From assembly GCA_965223705.1 (NCBI GenBank), contig OZ245015.1:1984001-2048000 (forward strand): a DNA stretch of 64,000 nt, read 5' to 3'. Within the stretch, counting starts at the first letter, position 1; each line of letters opens with the position of its first letter. A program made the translations under genes and the position numbers. The notes under the pieces were generated by a model. The model searched no databases, was not told where the DNA came from, and worked only from the letters and a program-made list of their open reading frames with translations. This document shows, one piece after another, positions 59,881 to 64,000 of this stretch. This stretch comes from Myxococcota bacterium (lineage in GTDB: Bacteria > Myxococcota_A > UBA9160 > UBA6930).

Positions 59881-61455
59881 ATGGATGCTTGGAATCTCGT
59901 GACAAGCGCCGAGATGCGCGAGCGGGATCGCTTTACCGTAGAGACGCTCGGCGTTCCCGCCGAGGTCTTGATGGAGTGCGCCGGTCTCGAGTTGGCGCGC
60001 CGCGCTGCTCGGTTGCGCCCCGGGCGAGGCACCATCGCCGTGTTCGTCGGACCCGGCAACAACGGCGGTGATGGCTGGGTCGCCGCACGACACCTCCACC
60101 ATTGGGGATTGCCGGTCGTCGTCGTCGCGGTCTCCGATCCACCGCTCGGCGAAGACAGCCCCGCTGCCGCAAACCGACGACGCGCACGGCGGGTTGGCGT
60201 TCGCGAGGAGACGCTCGCGACGTGCCCGCCGGCGACCGTGTTCGTCGACGCCCTGCTCGGAACCGGGGTCAATCGTCCGCTCGAGGGAGCGATTGCAGAC
60301 GCCGTCGGCTGGCTGAACCGCCGCTCGCAGGAGGCCGTTGTTCTCGCTGCCGATCTCCCGACGGGGGTCGACGCCGACACCGGCGCGGTTCGGAGCGAAG
60401 CCGTCCGCGCGGACGAAACCTTGGCCTTCGGCGCGCCGAAAATCGGCCTGACGTGGCCCCCCGGCCGCGACCACTGCGGCCGGATTTCAGTCGCGGGAAT
60501 CGGCATCCCCCGTGAAATCTCGTCGTTGCCACCGGCGGCGCGGATGTTGACGGCCCGCGGCGCGGCGGATCGGGTGCCCGACCGGATGGCGGCGTCTCAC
60601 AAGGGGACGTTCGGACATGTTCTCGTGGTCGCAGGCTCCCCCGGCATGAGTGGCGCGGCGGCGCTCGCTGCCGACGGGGCACTCCGCGTCGGAGCCGGAC
60701 GCATCACCGTCGGGTGCCCGGAACCGATCCATGCCGTTCTCGAAATGAAGTGCACGGAGGCGATGACCGTCGGGCTTCCCGCTACCGACCTCGGTGGCTT
60801 CTCGCGCGACAGCCTTCCTGAGCTACGCAAGCTCGCCGAGGCACGGGATGTGCTCGTCGTCGGTCCCGGCATCGCGCGCGCGACCGATGCCGGCGACGTC
60901 GTTCGCGCCATCCTTCGAGAGATCGCACGTCCCGTCGTCGTCGACGCAGACGCCCTTTACGCCGTCGCCGCGGCCCCGGATCTCTGCCAAGGGCGCGAGA
61001 GCCCCACGGTGATCACCCCGCACCCTGGAGAAGCAGCTCACCTGCTGGGAATCGACGCCGCCGAGGTGAACCGGGACCGCAGGGCGGCCGCCGAGGAACT
61101 GGCGACGCGCTTCGGCGCGACGGCGGTGTTGAAAGGTGCTGGGACCGTGATCGCCGACCCGGCCGGTGAGGTGTGGATCAACCCGACGGGCGGGCCTGCG
61201 CTCGCCACGGGTGGTACCGGCGACGTCCTGGCCGGAGCCGTGGGCGGCTTGCTCGCACAGGGGTGCGACGCCGTGACGGCGGCGGCACTGGCGGCCTATC
61301 TTCACGGGCTCGCGGCGGACCGGATGGCCACCGCGGTCGGGCTGCGTGCCGGAGATCTGGCGGACGCGTTGCCCGAGGCGCTCGCGTATGTTCGAGGAGT
61401 TTCCGGTCAAGCGACCGAAATGATTGAGGATCCTCATGTATTGGCTTTCCCGTAG
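59881..61455 (+). CDS. nnr: Bifunctional NAD(P)H-hydrate epimerase/dehydratase
   Basis: LME.AG, GPGNNGGDG, DALLGTG, DLPTG, HKGTFG, DADAL, TPHPGE, GGTGDVLAG. Confidence 0.96.
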   Translation: MDAWNLVTSAEMRERDRFTVETLGVPAEVLMECAGLELARRAARLRPGRGTIAVFVGPGNNGGDGWVAARHLHHWGLPVVVVAVSDPPLGEDSPAAANRRRARRVGVREETLATCPPATVFVDALLGTGVNRPLEGAIADAVGWLNRRSQEAVVLAADLPTGVDADTGAVRSEAVRADETLAFGAPKIGLTWPPGRDHCGRISVAGIGIPREISSLPPAARMLTARGAADRVPDRMAASHKGTFGHVLVVAGSPGMSGAAALAADGALRVGAGRITVGCPEPIHAVLEMKCTEAMTVGLPATDLGGFSRDSLPELRKLAEARDVLVVGPGIARATDAGDVVRAILREIARPVVVDADALYAVAAAPDLCQGRESPTVITPHPGEAAHLLGIDAAEVNRDRRAAAEELATRFGATAVLKGAGTVIADPAGEVWINPTGGPALATGGTGDVLAGAVGGLLAQGCDAVTAAALAAYLHGLAADRMATAVGLRAGDLADALPEALAYVRGVSGQATEMIEDPHVLAFP

Positions 61456-61906
61456 CCCTGCGCAAACCCTCGAGGCCGGTGCTCGTATTGCCGCGTGTCT
61501 CGAGGGGCACGGGGCCCTGGTGAGCCTCGAGGGGCCACTCGGCGCGGGCAAGACGGTCCTGGCAAAAGGGATCGCCGCCGGTCTCGGCATCGATCCCGAC
61601 GGCGTGGCGAGTCCAACTTTCGTCATCGCGAACGAGTACGCGAGCGAGCGCTGCCCGCGGCTCGTTCATGCCGACCTCTACCGGTTGACGGATTCGGCCG
61701 AGCTGGACGCGGCCGGGGGACTCGACTGGCTCGCGCCGGACTGCGTTGCACTGATCGAATGGGGCGATCGCTTCCCCTCGTGGTTCCCCGAGGATCATAT
61801 TCGCGTGTCGCTGGCCCACGTCGATGCGGAGACCCGGCGCATTTCGGTCAGCGGCGGTGGAACCCGAGGCGATGCGCTCCGAGCGGCGCTCACCGGAGGC
61901 GCTTAG
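61436..61906 (+). CDS. tsaE: tRNA threonylcarbamoyladenosine biosynthesis ATPase TsaE
   Basis: L.GPLGAGKT, SPTF, HADLYRL, IEW. Confidence 0.95.
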   Translation: MYWLSRSPAQTLEAGARIAACLEGHGALVSLEGPLGAGKTVLAKGIAAGLGIDPDGVASPTFVIANEYASERCPRLVHADLYRLTDSAELDAAGGLDWLAPDCVALIEWGDRFPSWFPEDHIRVSLAHVDAETRRISVSGGGTRGDALRAALTGGA

Positions 61907-63148
61907 GTGGCGCTCATCGTTCAAAAGTTCGGGGGCACCAGCGTCGCGGATCCCGACCGCATCCGGAATGTCGCTCAACGCGTGCGCAAGACGGTGCTCG
62001 AGGGGAATCGCGTCGCAGTGGTCGCATCGGCCATGGCCGGAGTGACCGATCGGCTCGTCGCTCTCGGACGCGAGCTTGGCGGAGACGACGCCGAGCCGCG
62101 AGAGCTCGACGCGCTCTTCGCCACGGGAGAGCAGCAGACCGTGGCACTGCTCGCGATGCACCTGCGCAGCCTCGGCACCCCCGCTCGGTCTTTCAGCGGC
62201 GCGCAGGCGGGGATGCAGACCGACGCGGCGCACACGCGCGCGCGAATCCTCGCCATCGACACGAAGCGCGTGCAGCAGAGTCTCGATGCCGGTGAGGTGG
62301 CGGTGGTTGCGGGCTTCCAGGGGATCGGGCCCGACGGCGACACCACGACGCTGGGACGCGGCGGCTCCGATACGTCGGCGGTCGCACTCGGCGCCGCCTT
62401 GGGCGCCTCGGTGTGCGAGATCTACACGGATGTCGAAGGGGTGTACACGACGGACCCGAACCTCGTCGCGGCGGCCCGCAAGCTCCGCCGCGTTTCGTAC
62501 GAAGAAATGCTCGAGATGGCGAGCCTCGGAGCCAAGGTGCTTCAGATTCGCTCGGTGAAGTTCGCGAAGCGCTACGGGCTGCCGTTGCACGTGCGCTCCT
62601 CGTTCGTCGAAGGCGAGGGGACTTGGGTCGTTCGGGAGGAGGAAGTCGTGGAGCAGCTGGTGGTTTCGGGCGTGACCTACAACCGCAACGAGGCGAAGAT
62701 TCGCTTGCAGGGGGTCGCGGACGCTCCGGGAGTTGCGGCAAAGATCTTCGCGCCGCTCGCGGACGCGGGCATTGTCGTCGACATGATCATTCAGAACGTG
62801 AGCCAAGACGGCACCACCGATGTGACCTTCACCGTCGGTCGCGACGACTATCGGCGCGCCCTCGCCCTCGTCGAAAGCGGCGCCACGCAGTTGGCGGTGG
62901 AAGGCGTTTCCGGAGACACCGATATTTCGAAGATCTCGGTCGTGGGCGTCGGCATGCGCGATCACGCCGGCGTCGCCGCGCGCATGTTCCAGGTGCTGGC
63001 GGATGAAGGCATCAATATCCAGTTGATCACGACGAGCGAGATCAAGATCTCGGTCGCGATCGAAGAGAAGTACACCGAGCTGGCCGTCCGGGCGCTCCAC
63101 GCGGCGTTCGTCGAGGCCGGGGCGGAAGACCCTGTCGAAGAGCACTAA
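61907..63148 (+). CDS. lysC: Aspartate kinase
   Basis: QKFGGTSV, SAM, GFQG, TLGRGGSD, YTDV.GV.T.DP, two ACT domains, TSEIKIS. Confidence 0.98.
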   Translation: MALIVQKFGGTSVADPDRIRNVAQRVRKTVLEGNRVAVVASAMAGVTDRLVALGRELGGDDAEPRELDALFATGEQQTVALLAMHLRSLGTPARSFSGAQAGMQTDAAHTRARILAIDTKRVQQSLDAGEVAVVAGFQGIGPDGDTTTLGRGGSDTSAVALGAALGASVCEIYTDVEGVYTTDPNLVAAARKLRRVSYEEMLEMASLGAKVLQIRSVKFAKRYGLPLHVRSSFVEGEGTWVVREEEVVEQLVVSGVTYNRNEAKIRLQGVADAPGVAAKIFAPLADAGIVVDMIIQNVSQDGTTDVTFTVGRDDYRRALALVESGATQLAVEGVSGDTDISKISVVGVGMRDHAGVAARMFQVLADEGINIQLITTSEIKISVAIEEKYTELAVRALHAAFVEAGAEDPVEEH

Positions 63149-63173
63149 CCGCGCGACCGCCCGGCTGTGGGTC

Positions 63174-63557
63174 TTGTTGTTCGCCGCCGTGGCCGGGTGG
63201 CACGCGTTTCCGGCGAGCGTCCCCGCGACGTGTGAGGGACCGGTGTCGGTCGCCGAAGGACCCGCACCGGTCGTTCACTGCAGTGGGCGTCCTCACGCCG
63301 GCACCGTTCGCGGCGCGGCGCGGCGCCTCTTCGGACTCCCCATCGACGCCAACCGCGCGACGCGGGAGACGCTCGAAACACTCCCCGGAATCGGTCCCGC
63401 ACGAGCGCGGGCTTGGCTTGCCGCACGCCTCGAGGCTCCGTTCCGCTCCTGGCGAGACCTCGAGCGGATCCGCGGGATCGGCCCGAAGCGCGCGGCGGCA
63501 TTGCGCGACGTCGTGTGTTTCGATCGGTGCGCGCCGTGCCCGGGTGTATCGTGCTGA
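63174..63557 (+). CDS. ComEA family helix-hairpin-helix DNA-binding protein
   Basis: ID.N.A....L..LPGIGP..A and F.S..DL.RI.GIGPK. Start uncertain. Confidence 0.85.
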   Translation: MLFAAVAGWHAFPASVPATCEGPVSVAEGPAPVVHCSGRPHAGTVRGAARRLFGLPIDANRATRETLETLPGIGPARARAWLAARLEAPFRSWRDLERIRGIGPKRAAALRDVVCFDRCAPCPGVSC

Positions 63558-64000
63558 GGCCCTCGGAGGATCCGAAGCTCGCTGCGGCGTCCCAGTTCTG
63601 GTCGCGGCTGCTCGGCAACACGAAACGCGCTCCCCACGCGGCGGTCCGTTGGCTGCGCGAGTCGCTCTGGAGCTCCGAGCCGATCTCGCCGTGGCCTCTT
63701 TCCTGGCTGCGCGGCGCCCTGCAGTTCGCCGTCGTCGTCTCCCAGGGCTTCGTTCGGGATCAACTGCTCCTGCGCGCGCACTCGCTCACGTTCCTTACGG
63801 TGTTGTCCCTGGTCCCGTTGCTCGCGCTGGCCGTCTCGATGGTGACGCTCTTCGGGGTCGGGGAAGACCTCGATTTGACGCGGAAGATCCTCGCGCAGAT
63901 TGCGGCGGGGAGTCCCGAAGCGGTGGAGTGGATTCTCCCCTACGTGACGGGACTCAATTTCGGTCAGCTCGGCAGTTTGGGCGCGGGCGCGCTGTTGGCT
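63551..64000 (+). CDS. YihY/virulence factor BrkB family membrane protein (3'-truncated by window edge)
   Basis: Own translation from GTG 63551 is open to the window end: GFVRDQLLLRAHSLTFLTVLSLVPLLAL. Confidence 0.85.
   Translation, partial: MLRPSEDPKLAAASQFWSRLLGNTKRAPHAAVRWLRESLWSSEPISPWPLSWLRGALQFAVVVSQGFVRDQLLLRAHSLTFLTVLSLVPLLALAVSMVTLFGVGEDLDLTRKILAQIAAGSPEAVEWILPYVTGLNFGQLGSLGAGALLA

Overview
GC-rich, densely coding bacterial chromosome segment. The order tilS-ftsH-folP-cdaA-cdaR-glmM-pdxJ-nnr-tsaE-lysC, with MiaE, PilZ and MoxR/DUF58/TgpA genes, suggests a deltaproteobacterial or Myxococcota-like lineage (inference). Bases 1-25 kb are catabolic and transport genes: four luciferase-like (LLM) oxidoreductases, a PhyH dioxygenase, a cyclase, amidohydrolases, a CoA-transferase, three MFS transporters, and a PsrA-like TetR with a visible operator controlling an RND pump. 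Bases 25-43.6 kb are mostly housekeeping genes ending in a CAU tRNA. Bases 43.7-52.2 kb are an accessory polysaccharide-related block. Bases 52.2-64 kb are a conserved core operon. I saw no integrase, transposase, CRISPR array or rRNA. The most striking theme is a set of intact genes with eroded active sites. These are: (i) a 915-aa protein with a degenerate PD-(D/E)xK/NucS-like region, an Arg/acidic disordered linker and a degenerate DHH-DHHA1 domain, in a dgt-to-queE run behind a structured spacer; (ii) an ArnA-type formyltransferase-like pseudo-domain fused to a DegT/ArnB aminotransferase with a 33-bp tandem-repeat tail; (iii) a PdxJ homologue that has lost most catalytic residues; and (iv) a BY-kinase lacking the Walker A lysine. 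A P-loop kinase-dCMP deaminase fusion is also present. All family calls are by-eye motif recognition; no searches were run.
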